A program made the position numbers and the translations under genes. Below, piece after piece: positions 17,893 through 26,917 of a DNA stretch of 64,000 bases. Every line of letters starts with the position of its first letter. Positions within the stretch are counted from its first letter, which is position 1. The stretch comes from an uncultured Acetobacteraceae bacterium (GTDB lineage Bacteria; Pseudomonadota; Alphaproteobacteria; Acetobacterales; Acetobacteraceae): assembly GCA_964244585.1 (NCBI GenBank), contig CAXTJM010000018.1, positions 2,084 to 66,083 of the forward strand. Reading direction: 5' to 3'. Below the pieces are notes generated by a model. The model searched no databases. It was not told where the DNA came from and saw nothing but the letters and a program-made list of their open reading frames with translations.

Positions 17893-18663
17893 TCAGGCGG
17901 ACCGTGCCGCCATACGGCTTAGCCGCAGCATCACGGTATTGGCCCCCACGGCGAACAGCACGATCGCCAGCACCACCGCCGTGCTAAGCGCCACATTGTG
18001 TTGCGCCATGCCGCTGACCAGGAGGAAGCCCAACCCGCGTTGGGAGCTGAACATCTCACCGATCAGCACGCCCAGCAGCGTCAACGAGAAGCCCAGCCGC
18101 AGCCCGGCCACGATCTGCGGCAGGCAGGCCGGCAGCAGCACCCAGCGCATCGTCTGGCCGTGCGACAATCGCAGAGCGCGGGCAGTGCGCGGCAGCGCAG
18201 GCGGCAGGGTACGAACCGCGGCGATGGTGAACAGCGTGACCGGCACCAGGCCGTGCATGACGCCGAACGCCACCTTCGCGCTCAAGCCGAGTCCGAACAG
18301 CAGAAGGACGACCGGGTACAGCGTGACCTTCGGGATGGTGTAGAACCCGGCCAGCACCGGCTCCATCACATCGCCGGCGAAGCGGCCGACCCCAAGCACC
18401 AAGCCGAGCAGCAGGCCACACGCCGCCGATAGCACGAACGCCAGCAGGAAGGCCGCCATGGTCGCCCAGACCTGCCCCCAGAAGGCAGCCGTCACCACGA
18501 GCTGGCCGAGATAGGCGAAGGTCGTCAAGGGGCCGGTGATGGCCATTCCCCCCGTCCAGCGACCAACGGCCTGCCACACCAGCAGCACCACGACGAGCAG
18601 CAACACTACATCAAGGACGTTGCCGCCCGGCCGCACGACGTTGCGCGAAACCGCCGCGCTCAC
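17893..18663 (-). CDS. NitT/TauT family ABC transporter permease
   Basis: GTGA overlap with the upstream permease; YTIPKVTLYP, LPACLPQIVAGLRLG, GEMFSSQRGLG. Confidence 0.9.
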   Translation of the reverse strand: MSAAVSRNVVRPGGNVLDVVLLLVVVLLVWQAVGRWTGGMAITGPLTTFAYLGQLVVTAAFWGQVWATMAAFLLAFVLSAACGLLLGLVLGVGRFAGDVMEPVLAGFYTIPKVTLYPVVLLLFGLGLSAKVAFGVMHGLVPVTLFTIAAVRTLPPALPRTARALRLSHGQTMRWVLLPACLPQIVAGLRLGFSLTLLGVLIGEMFSSQRGLGFLLVSGMAQHNVALSTAVVLAIVLFAVGANTVMLRLSRMAARSA

Positions 18664-19421
18664 GACCGCGCGCGGCGCCGGACGAGCCGCCCCTCCCAGG
18701 TGTAGAGCACGATGTTGGCAAGGACCGCGACCAGCAGCACGAACAGCATCAGCCCGTACATCGTGCGGGTGTCGAACGCCTGGTATGCATACGAGATCGC
18801 GTAGCCGAGGCCACTGCCCGACAGGATGAACTCGCCCGCGATCACGCCGATGAGGGCGTAGCTCAAAGCCAGCTTGAAACCGCCGAAGAGTGACGGCATG
18901 GCGGCAGGCAGCATGACGGAAAAGAAGGTGCGCGCACGCCCGAGCCGCTGCACGCGCGCCACCTTGCGCAGGACCGGAGTGATGCTGTCCAGTCCGGACA
19001 CCGTGCTGATCACCATGGCCGGCACGGCGGACAACACGCCCAGCACCACCAGCGGCGCCATGCTCAGCCCTAGCAGCGCAACCAACAGCGGGTAGAACAC
19101 GAAGGTCGGCACCGAGTAGTAGGAGGCGAGCAGGGGATCGATCGCCCGGCGCAGCCGCGGCGCCGCATGCAGGGCCGCCCCCAAGGCCGTCCCACCCGTC
19201 ACGCTGCACATCCACGCCAGCGCCACGGTGCTGAAGGTCTGCAGCGTCGGCTCGGTGGCGGTGCCCGACCAAAATGCCTCCGCCATGGCCGCTACCATCC
19301 CGCTCGGCGGCAACACGGCTTGCGGATCGATCAACCCGCCCCGGCACGCAGCTTCCAGCAGCAGGACGCAGCCCGCCAGCAATGCCGCCCGCACCAGCAG
19401 GACCGTGCGGCCCCGCGTCAC
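18660..19421 (-). CDS. NitT/TauT family ABC transporter permease
   Basis: GTGA overlap with the ATPase gene; YYSVPTFVFYP, LPAAMPSLFGG, AGEFILSGSGLG. Confidence 0.9.
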   Translation of the reverse strand: MTRGRTVLLVRAALLAGCVLLLEAACRGGLIDPQAVLPPSGMVAAMAEAFWSGTATEPTLQTFSTVALAWMCSVTGGTALGAALHAAPRLRRAIDPLLASYYSVPTFVFYPLLVALLGLSMAPLVVLGVLSAVPAMVISTVSGLDSITPVLRKVARVQRLGRARTFFSVMLPAAMPSLFGGFKLALSYALIGVIAGEFILSGSGLGYAISYAYQAFDTRTMYGLMLFVLLVAVLANIVLYTWEGRLVRRRARS

Positions 19422-20206
19422 GCAGTGTGGCCCATGGCACGCAGCGACTCGGCCCGCAGCGAGGTCCATAGCCGCGCCGTAAGCTCGCCGAAATGCGGGT
19501 CGGACACGATGCGGCTGTCGCGGTCGCGCGGCCAACCGGTCGTCACCAGGTCGATGAAGGTGCCCGGCCGGGCCGACATCACGCCCACCCGGTCGGACAG
19601 CATCGCAGCCTCGTCCAGTGCGTGCGTGATCAACAGCACGGTGGCGCCCGTCTGCCGCCAAAGCCGCAGGAGTTCGTCGCCCATCAGCAGCCTGGTCTGC
19701 TGGTCCAGCGCGCCGAACGGCTCATCCAGCAGGATCAGCCGCGGCTGCTGCACCAACGTGCGCGCGATGCAGACGCGCTGCCGCATGCCGCCCGAGAGTT
19801 GCGCCGGGTAGTGCCCGACGAACTGCGTCAGGCCCATGAATGCGATCGCCCCGTCGACCCGGCGGTCGACCTCGGCGCGGCGCAGACCGGAGCGGCGCAG
19901 GCCGAAGGCGACGTTGTCGCGCACGGTCAGCCAGGCGAAGCTCGAATCCTCCTGGAACACCACGCCGACGCCATCCGGCACCTCGCCCCTGACCGGCTTG
20001 CCCTCGAAGCTGATGCTGCCCTCACTTGGCACGCCCAGCCCGGACAGCACGTCCAGCAAGGTAGACTTGCCGCAGCCCGAGGGGCCGACGACCGAGAAGA
20101 ACTCTCCCGGCGCCAATTCCAGGTCGACCGGGCCCAGCGCGTGGGTGGTCTGCTTGCCGGCATAACGCCGGGTCACGCCGCGAAGAATGGCGTGCGGCTC
20201 GGCCAT
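19418..20206 (-). CDS. NitT/TauT family ABC transporter ATP-binding protein
   Basis: GPSGCGKST, LSGGMRQR, ILLDEPFGALD, ITHALDEA. Confidence 0.95.
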   Translation of the reverse strand: MAEPHAILRGVTRRYAGKQTTHALGPVDLELAPGEFFSVVGPSGCGKSTLLDVLSGLGVPSEGSISFEGKPVRGEVPDGVGVVFQEDSSFAWLTVRDNVAFGLRRSGLRRAEVDRRVDGAIAFMGLTQFVGHYPAQLSGGMRQRVCIARTLVQQPRLILLDEPFGALDQQTRLLMGDELLRLWRQTGATVLLITHALDEAAMLSDRVGVMSARPGTFIDLVTTGWPRDRDSRIVSDPHFGELTARLWTSLRAESLRAMGHTA

Positions 20207-20207
20207 G

Positions 20208-21197
20208 TCAGCGTGCGGCGCGCTGGTCCGGCGGCAGGAAGGCGGTGTCGACCATCGTGGACCAGTTCGGCGCATCCTTGAGCTGGCCGGTGATCTGCAA
20301 GCCCTCGACCATATGGTTCATGCCCTCGTAGTCCAGGCGGCCATCGCTCCAGTAGTCGTCGGCCACCAGTTCCTTCATATGCGTGCGGTACAGGGCAACG
20401 TCCGGGTTGTTGTACGCCTTGGCCAGGATATCGGCCGACTCGTCCGGATGCGCCCGGATGTAGTCGAGCCCCTCCTTGCGCGCGGCGATGATCCCGCGGA
20501 CGACCTCCGGATGATCATGTGCGAACGCGACGGTGGTGACGCATACGGTCTGCATCATGCGGGGGGACATGACGTCCTTGACCCAGAACACCGGCTGGAT
20601 CGCACCGGGATTTTGCGAGAAGGTGAGTGTGTCGGTGAAGCCCGCATCCACCGCGCCGCTGGTGATCGCGGACAGGTTGGACCCAAGATCGCCGGCAGGA
20701 ACGAGACGGACCTGCTGCGCCGTCATGCCGTTCGCCTTCAGGGCCATCAGGATGATCATGTTGGAGACGGAATTGGGCGCGGTGAACGCGATACGCTTTC
20801 CGGCCAGGTCCTTGATGCTGTCCAGGGGAGACCCCTTCTTCGCCGCCCATAACTGGTCCGCCACGCTCTGCGCGCCCGCCGACGTTATCACGAGTTTCTG
20901 CCCGGCGTTGATCGCCTGTACCGCCGCCGCAAGCGAAACCTCCCCGAACGGGATGTCGCCCGCTATCGTGTTGCGCACGGCCGTTCCGCCGCCGGGCGCG
21001 GTGAGGATGCCGGTGATGTCCACGCCATGCTGCTTGAAGAAGCCTTTCTCCATGGCGACGGCATAGGGCGCCCCATAGAACTGGCCGCCCCAATGGGTGA
21101 CCGTGATGGTGTCGGCCCAGGCAGCGGTGCTGGCCATGAAACCCAGGCAGGCGACCACGGCACCCGCGACGGCACGGCCCTTTGCTCGTAACGCCAT
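20208..21197 (-). CDS. NMT1/SsuA-like ABC substrate-binding protein
   Basis: Signal peptide ending AWA; AVAMEKGFF, GKRIAFTAPNS, GAVDAG; followed by the TauB/TauC-type genes. Confidence 0.88.
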   Translation of the reverse strand: MALRAKGRAVAGAVVACLGFMASTAAWADTITVTHWGGQFYGAPYAVAMEKGFFKQHGVDITGILTAPGGGTAVRNTIAGDIPFGEVSLAAAVQAINAGQKLVITSAGAQSVADQLWAAKKGSPLDSIKDLAGKRIAFTAPNSVSNMIILMALKANGMTAQQVRLVPAGDLGSNLSAITSGAVDAGFTDTLTFSQNPGAIQPVFWVKDVMSPRMMQTVCVTTVAFAHDHPEVVRGIIAARKEGLDYIRAHPDESADILAKAYNNPDVALYRTHMKELVADDYWSDGRLDYEGMNHMVEGLQITGQLKDAPNWSTMVDTAFLPPDQRAAR

Positions 21198-21394
21198 CTT
21201 CAACTCCCCACTCCGCCGCCTCTTACCCGGCCGCGTTCGGCGGGACGCTAACATGCCCGCCGGTACAGCGGAAACGCTGTCTGGCGACGCCGGCGATCAT
21301 TTCCAAGCCGTGACCTTGGCAGACCTCCGGGTGGTGCCGACACCCGATCGCCTGTCGATCGATGCCGACCACAGGGCGCCGCCTCGTCTCCGGA

Positions 21395-22279
21395 TCACTC
21401 TGCCGCGGCCTTCACCTCGGGACCTTCGCGAAAACGGGTGCGCAGGGCATTCCACTCGTCGGCGCCGAAGCGGCGGAACCGGTCACCCACCTTCATCTGC
21501 CCGGCACTCGAGGGCGGCCTATCGGTGTCGCGCACGCTCGCCAGCACGGCGTCACAGGCGGTCATGACGGTGCTGAGCAGGAGGCTCGGCATGATCGCCA
21601 CGCGATAGCCCATCGCTTGCGCGTCCGACAGCGCGATGTCCGGCGTCTTGCCAGCCACCACGATGTTCAGCAGGCACGGGCCGTGGACCAGGCGCGGAAT
21701 CGCCTCCACCTCCTCCAGGCTTGCTGCCGCCTCCACGAAGGCGATGTCCGCGCCCGCATCCAGCGCGGCGTTGGCGCGGCCCACGGCTTCGTCCAAGCCG
21801 GCGATGGCGCGTGAGTCCGTGCGGGCGATCACGACGAAATCCGGATCGGTGCGGGCAGCGACGGCGGCGCGTATCTTGGCCACGAACTCCTCCCTCGGGA
21901 CCACCTCCTTGCCGTCCAGGTGACCGCAGCGCTTCGGCATGACCTGGTCTTCGATATGCAGGCCGGCGACCCCGCCGCGCTCGTATTCCATCACGGTGCG
22001 GGTCACGTTCAGCTCGTTGCCATAGCCGGTATCGGCGTCGGCGATGAGCGGCACGCCGGCCGCACGCGCGATCATGGCGGCATTCGCCGCCATCTCCGTC
22101 AACGTCAGCAAACCGAGATCGGGGTAGCCTCGCGCCATCGAAGTGCCGGCCCCGGTCATGTACAGGCAGTCGAACCCGGCCTGTTCCGCCAGCCGGGCGG
22201 TGATCCCGTCATATACGCCAGGCGCGCGGACCATGCGGCCGGATGCGAGCAACTCGCGCAGTTTGCGGGCGCTTGTCAT
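21395..22279 (-). CDS. Isocitrate lyase/PEP mutase superfamily C-C lyase (methylisocitrate/2,3-dimethylmalate lyase-like)
   Basis: APGVYDGITAR, IADADTGYG, HIEDQVMPKRCGH (catalytic Cys loop), IARTD. Confidence 0.9.
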   Translation of the reverse strand: MTSARKLRELLASGRMVRAPGVYDGITARLAEQAGFDCLYMTGAGTSMARGYPDLGLLTLTEMAANAAMIARAAGVPLIADADTGYGNELNVTRTVMEYERGGVAGLHIEDQVMPKRCGHLDGKEVVPREEFVAKIRAAVAARTDPDFVVIARTDSRAIAGLDEAVGRANAALDAGADIAFVEAAASLEEVEAIPRLVHGPCLLNIVVAGKTPDIALSDAQAMGYRVAIMPSLLLSTVMTACDAVLASVRDTDRPPSSAGQMKVGDRFRRFGADEWNALRTRFREGPEVKAAAE

Positions 22280-22686
22280 TGTACCGTCTCCTGCTGTTCG
22301 GCGGACATTTCGGCCCGGACCGTCACATAGACCTGGCCGTCGCGCACCGTGACCGGGTAGAAGCGCAGCCTGGTCGGGACCGGGCGGAACATCTCCATCC
22401 CGGTGTCGAGATCGTATTCCCAGCCATGCCACGGGCACGCCAGCACCTCGCCCTCGCGGTCATACACCAGTGCGCCGGGCTGGCTCGGCAGCCAGGTCCC
22501 GCCGACGATGCCGCGGCAGATCGGCGCACCCTTGTGCGGGCAGTAATTCCGCACCGCCCGCAATTGCCCGTCGCGCAGACGCACCACGCCGATAGCCTGC
22601 CCGGGAATGTCGACCATGACGAACCGGCCGGCGACGAAGCGCTCCTCCGGCCCGACACCGACCTCCGTCTTCGCGCGCAACGCCAT
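22276..22686 (-). CDS. Rieske [2Fe-2S] ferredoxin
   Basis: NYCPHKGAP...LACPWHGWEYD (CxH...CxxH); stop/start overlaps with both neighbours. Confidence 0.93.
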   Translation of the reverse strand: MALRAKTEVGVGPEERFVAGRFVMVDIPGQAIGVVRLRDGQLRAVRNYCPHKGAPICRGIVGGTWLPSQPGALVYDREGEVLACPWHGWEYDLDTGMEMFRPVPTRLRFYPVTVRDGQVYVTVRAEMSAEQQETVQ

Positions 22687-23807
22687 CAGGCCGGCAGCCG
22701 CAGCACGTCGCGGGCGTTGCTGCGGAAGATGCGGTCGCGGTCCTCCGGCGCCAGCGAACGCAACGACTGCATCGGCATGTCGTTGTCCCAGTGTGGGTAG
22801 TCCGTGCTGAAGCACAGGTTCTGCACGCCCACCATCTTCACCAGGCGTTCCAGGTCGCGGGGGTCCCGCGGCTCCTCGATCGGCTGGGTGGTGAACCAGA
22901 CATGCTCGTTCACGTAGTCGATCGGCGATTTCTTGACCCATGGCACCTCGTGCCGCAGGCCGCGCCAGAGGCGGTCCATGCGCAGCATCACGGGGATCGG
23001 CCACACGAAGCCATATTCCACGAACAGGATGCGCAGGCGGGAGAAACGCTCGAACAGTCCGTTCATGATCATGCTGTTGAGGTTGGCTTCCGCCCCCTGG
23101 CCCAGCGTGACGTAACGCTCGATATACGTATCGGGCATGCCGCCGGCCGGCATCGGCGCGCCATTGTACACGCCTTCGGACCCGGTGACGTGCAGCAGGA
23201 TGGGCAGGTCCATGTCGGAGGCAGCCTCGAACACGGGCCACCAGTAGCGGTTGCCGAACAGGATCGCGATCGGCGGCACGGCAACGGCGCAGACCTGGGC
23301 GTGCCCGCCGACACGGCGAATCTCGGCCGCCGCGGCAAGCGGGTCCTGGGCGGACACCACCGGCGCATAGACCAGGCGGCGGTCGAGCGGCAGCCATTGG
23401 TCGAGGTAGTAGTCGTTGGCCGCCTGTGCGATCACGATGCTTTCGTCGGCCGAGGCGTGGACCGAACAGAATGCGCCGGTTTGCAGGCTGTTCAGCAACG
23501 CGACCGAGATGTCGTTCGCGTCCAGGTGGTCCTTGATGAGGAAATGCGGATCGCTGCCGCCCGGGCCGCCGCTATCCGGCCTGGCGTCATCGCGCACGAC
23601 CGTCCCGTTGGGATGCGCGTAGCGCAAGGTGAGGCCACCACCGGATTGATGCGCCCGCTTGCGGACGAAACGCTGCCTCCAGGCGTCCGCCATGTAGGGA
23701 TAGAGGCTGCGGATGCCGTCGGCGAGCAACGGGTGCACGTCGCAGTCGACGATGCCGTGACGGTGCGTCTGCGAGGCCTGCGCAAGCGTCTGGGTGATGT
23801 CGTCCAT
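22686..23807 (-). CDS. Amidohydrolase_2-fold protein, probable PtmU3/AibH-type dinuclear-metal oxygenase
   Basis: IVDCDVH, ILLH, LFVEYG, WFTTQPIEEP, FSTDYPHWD; coupled to a Rieske gene. Fold confident, oxygenase function inferred. Confidence 0.8.
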   Translation of the reverse strand: MDDITQTLAQASQTHRHGIVDCDVHPLLADGIRSLYPYMADAWRQRFVRKRAHQSGGGLTLRYAHPNGTVVRDDARPDSGGPGGSDPHFLIKDHLDANDISVALLNSLQTGAFCSVHASADESIVIAQAANDYYLDQWLPLDRRLVYAPVVSAQDPLAAAAEIRRVGGHAQVCAVAVPPIAILFGNRYWWPVFEAASDMDLPILLHVTGSEGVYNGAPMPAGGMPDTYIERYVTLGQGAEANLNSMIMNGLFERFSRLRILFVEYGFVWPIPVMLRMDRLWRGLRHEVPWVKKSPIDYVNEHVWFTTQPIEEPRDPRDLERLVKMVGVQNLCFSTDYPHWDNDMPMQSLRSLAPEDRDRIFRSNARDVLRLPA

Positions 23808-23819
23808 GATGCCTTCCGG

Positions 23820-25211
23820 TCAGTCGTTGAGCAGCAATGCGTCGGCTGGCCCCGCTGCCGTCTCGGCCTCGGCAGCGATCGCTTCCAAGGAGCGGTTGCT
23901 GGTCTCATGGCCCAACAGGATCACCGCAAGGGCCATCAACGCCATGCTGCCGCTGAGGAAGCCTGCGACGCCACCGATCCCGAAGGCGCCGAAGACCAGC
24001 ACGATGACGAAGCCGACCTGGCTGGAGGTCAGGCGGCTGATCCCCAGCACGACGGACGCGCCGCGCAGCCGCAGCCGGGTCGGGAACATCTCCGGGATGT
24101 AGAGCGCGAAGCCCACCGCGACGATCGCATAGGCGCAGAGCGTCACGCCGGACCCGACGGCGATCAGTTCGATACCGTTGCCGACCATCGGATACGCCGC
24201 TCCCAGCACTGCCTCGCATAGGGCAAGGCATGCCAGGCTGCGGACCCGTCCGACCCGGTCGGCGATGAAGGCGCCGAGCAGCGCCCCCAGGGGGGCGCCG
24301 AGGCCCATGATGCCGGAGAACCAAAGAGACGAGCCGATCGACAGCCCTTGCTTCACCAGGAAGGTCGGGATCCAGGAAAGAAAGCCATACAGGCTGACGC
24401 CGCTGACACATGCGATGATGATGCCGAGCAAGGTGTTGCGGACCAGTCCGGGAGCCAGAAGCTCGCCATAGCGCCCCGGTGCCGGTGTCTCCTCCACTGC
24501 GTCGACCACGGGCGGCAGCGGGCCGGACCGCGCCGCCTCGGCCTCGATCGCGAGCAGCATGGCCTCTGCCTCGGCGGCACGGCCGCGCGATTCGAGCCAG
24601 CGCGGTGATTCCGGCATGTTCTTGCGCAGCGCCCAGACGATGAGTGCGCTGGCGCCCACGATGGCGAACAACCATCGCCAGCCGATCGCCGGGATCAACC
24701 AGGCGCCGCCCAGCCCGGTCACTGGCACCGCCAGGTTCGTCACCATGGACAGCAGCGCCACGTACCGGCCGCGTTTGGCCCGCGGCATGAATTCCGCCAG
24801 GCTGGAGTAGCCGACCACGATCTCGGCACCTAAGCCGATGCCCATGACGAAGCGGATGGCGATCAGCACCGTCATGTTGGGCGCGAACGCCGCAGCGATG
24901 GAGGCCAGGCCGAACAACATCAGGTTCACCTGGTAGCAATAGCGGCGGCCGTAGCGGTCGCCGAGCCAGCCGGCGGCGAAGGTGCCGCAAAGCATGCCCA
25001 GGAACGTCGCCGACATGAACCGCGCGTTGGCCGCAAGGTCCGACCAGCCGGATTTCACCAGCGACCCGAGCACGCCGCCCGCCAGGTAGATGTCACAGGC
25101 GTCCAGGAACATGCCGAGCCCCACCAGCCAGAGCACCCGGCGGTGGAAGCTGCCGATCGGCAATCGGTCCAGGCGCGCACCGGCATTCGTCCTCGTGGCG
25201 CCAAGCTGCAT
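23820..25211 (-). CDS. MFS transporter (aromatic/organic acid:H+ symporter-like)
   Basis: RLDRLP, GWLGDRYGRR (motif A), EFMPRAKRG, ESPRWL, PEMFPTRLR. Confidence 0.93.
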   Translation of the reverse strand: MQLGATRTNAGARLDRLPIGSFHRRVLWLVGLGMFLDACDIYLAGGVLGSLVKSGWSDLAANARFMSATFLGMLCGTFAAGWLGDRYGRRYCYQVNLMLFGLASIAAAFAPNMTVLIAIRFVMGIGLGAEIVVGYSSLAEFMPRAKRGRYVALLSMVTNLAVPVTGLGGAWLIPAIGWRWLFAIVGASALIVWALRKNMPESPRWLESRGRAAEAEAMLLAIEAEAARSGPLPPVVDAVEETPAPGRYGELLAPGLVRNTLLGIIIACVSGVSLYGFLSWIPTFLVKQGLSIGSSLWFSGIMGLGAPLGALLGAFIADRVGRVRSLACLALCEAVLGAAYPMVGNGIELIAVGSGVTLCAYAIVAVGFALYIPEMFPTRLRLRGASVVLGISRLTSSQVGFVIVLVFGAFGIGGVAGFLSGSMALMALAVILLGHETSNRSLEAIAAEAETAAGPADALLLND

Positions 25212-25303
25212 CAAACGGCTCCCGACATCGTGCTGCCCGGTCTGCTCGCGCCGAACTTCGTCACACAATGGCTCCGGTTCCACTGAAAGGCAACGAAGCT
25301 GGT

Positions 25304-25330
25304 TCGACCGGTCGATCCACGGACCGGTCG
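25304..25330. promoter_or_regulatory. Tandem GACCGGTC palindromes, putative operator upstream of the MFS-led operon
   Basis: Perfect 12-bp palindrome TCGACCGGTCGA (25304-25315) and a second GACCGGTCG 16 bp downstream. Confidence 0.4.
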
Positions 25331-25492
25331 TTATCTCGATGGCGGTCTTGAGGGTGTTCGATGCCTGCAGACCCCCGCCTGACTGCCAGGGATACGTGCG
25401 ACGGACCCAGCCCTGAAGGCGGCCGCACCGTTGACCCCAATCTCACCGTGTGGCGTCCTCCGCAGGGTGAGAAGGACAACAGAGGCACACAC

Positions 25493-26677
25493 ATGACGCT
25501 AGGGGTCGCGGACGAGGAGCAAACCCCTCGGTCGATCGGCATTCTGCCAATTCACGTTCTGACCAACGCACCGGTCATCTCACTGCCCGGCAACGGCCTT
25601 CTGACCAATGCCGCTGCACCGCTGGTGACCGGGACGGCGACGCCTGCATCCGAAGTTCACATCTATGACGGAGCGGCCCAGGCCGGCATCGCAACTGCCG
25701 ACCCGTCGACCGGCACCTGGCAATCGGCGCTCTCCGGGGTATCGGCCGGCTTCCAGCAGGTCACCGCCATGTCCTCTGGCCCGGGCGAGTTCAGCTCCCT
25801 GCCCTCCGCGGCGGTGAATGTCTTCGGCTTATCCGCGCCGGTGAACGGCGTAAGCAGCGTAGACGTGGCGTCCGTGGACATCGCATCAGTTCTTGGCCAG
25901 GGGTTTGGACTGCAGTTCGTAGCCGGGACGGAGGCCGTGCAGTTATTGGACAGCACGCTGAGCGTGGGTCCGGACACCGACGCCGCCTATGTCGCCCGAC
26001 TGTTCCAGGGCTTGTTCGGCACGGTACCGGACAGCAGTAATCTAAGCGTTTGGACCAACTACCTGGCAGCAGGGCATAGCTATACGGACGTCGCCGCTGG
26101 TTTCCTGCAAGCTCCCGTCGCTGCCGCCATAACCGCACTGCCGGATGCCGGTTACGTGCAGCAGCTGTTCACTGGCCTGCTCGGCCGGGCGCCCTCGGCA
26201 TCGGAGTCAGGTGCGTACACTGCGGTCCTCGCAGCAGGAGCGTCCCGGGCATCCGTACTGGCGGGCATCGCCGATGCACCAGAGGCGAAGGTCGCATTGG
26301 CGTCGCAGACGGCACGGCTGTTCGTGACGGACAGCGCGAAGCAAGTCGTAAACAACATGTTCGAAGCCGGGCTTGGACACGAAGCCACCCAGCCGGTGGT
26401 GCAAGGGCTTGCAGCCAACATCGATGCCGGATTGATGGCGCCTCAACTGGCGCAGGAAGTCGCGAGCACGCCGGAGTTTCTCGGGCTGCATGCGGGCGAA
26501 ACCAACGCAGCCTATGTCGCGGACATCTACACGGCCGGGCTTGGCCGCGCACCGACCAGTGCGGAGGTGACCTTCGACGTTGGCAACCTGGAATCGGGTG
26601 TGTTCAGCCGCTCGACGATACTGGCGGCCATCGCAAATTCACCAGAGGCCATGGCGCATTTGACGCATCCGCTGTGA
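25493..26677 (+). CDS. Surface protein with one Ig-like repeat and about three DUF4214 repeats
   Basis: TNAAAPLVTGTATPASEVHIYDG...ADPSTGTW (Bap-type Ig); YVQQLFTGLLGRAPS, IYTAGLGRAPT, SRSTILAAIANSPEA (DUF4214-like). Start uncertain (25361 or 25493); no signal peptide seen. Confidence 0.75.
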   Translation: MTLGVADEEQTPRSIGILPIHVLTNAPVISLPGNGLLTNAAAPLVTGTATPASEVHIYDGAAQAGIATADPSTGTWQSALSGVSAGFQQVTAMSSGPGEFSSLPSAAVNVFGLSAPVNGVSSVDVASVDIASVLGQGFGLQFVAGTEAVQLLDSTLSVGPDTDAAYVARLFQGLFGTVPDSSNLSVWTNYLAAGHSYTDVAAGFLQAPVAAAITALPDAGYVQQLFTGLLGRAPSASESGAYTAVLAAGASRASVLAGIADAPEAKVALASQTARLFVTDSAKQVVNNMFEAGLGHEATQPVVQGLAANIDAGLMAPQLAQEVASTPEFLGLHAGETNAAYVADIYTAGLGRAPTSAEVTFDVGNLESGVFSRSTILAAIANSPEAMAHLTHPL

Positions 26678-26917
26678 AGGATCGGATACCGGGTAGGGCA
26701 GGCCGCAAGCTCTCGCCGCAATTCAACTTTCCTATGGCGACGGATGCAAACGATGTGATCAAACGGTGATCGCCGCCTGTGGCGGCCATCGATGAGCTTG
26801 GAGAGTGGACAAATATGCTCGTTTCTGTCACAAATGGGATAGTTGCACGTTGATACTTGCAACAGCGGCTATGTCCACCTTGCACCAGCGGCAACTCGTT
26901 CCACTCGACACACGGTG

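Noticed and set aside
18664-19440. 5' part of the 515-aa permease ORF
   Set aside because: Overlaps the second permease in another frame; the true start is the GTGA overlap at 18663.
26700-26917. FNR/CRP-like boxes upstream of the GlfT2-like gene
   Set aside because: TTGAT and TGTGA half-sites lack correctly spaced partners; the 6-bp GTTGCA/TGCAAC repeat is too short to support a call.
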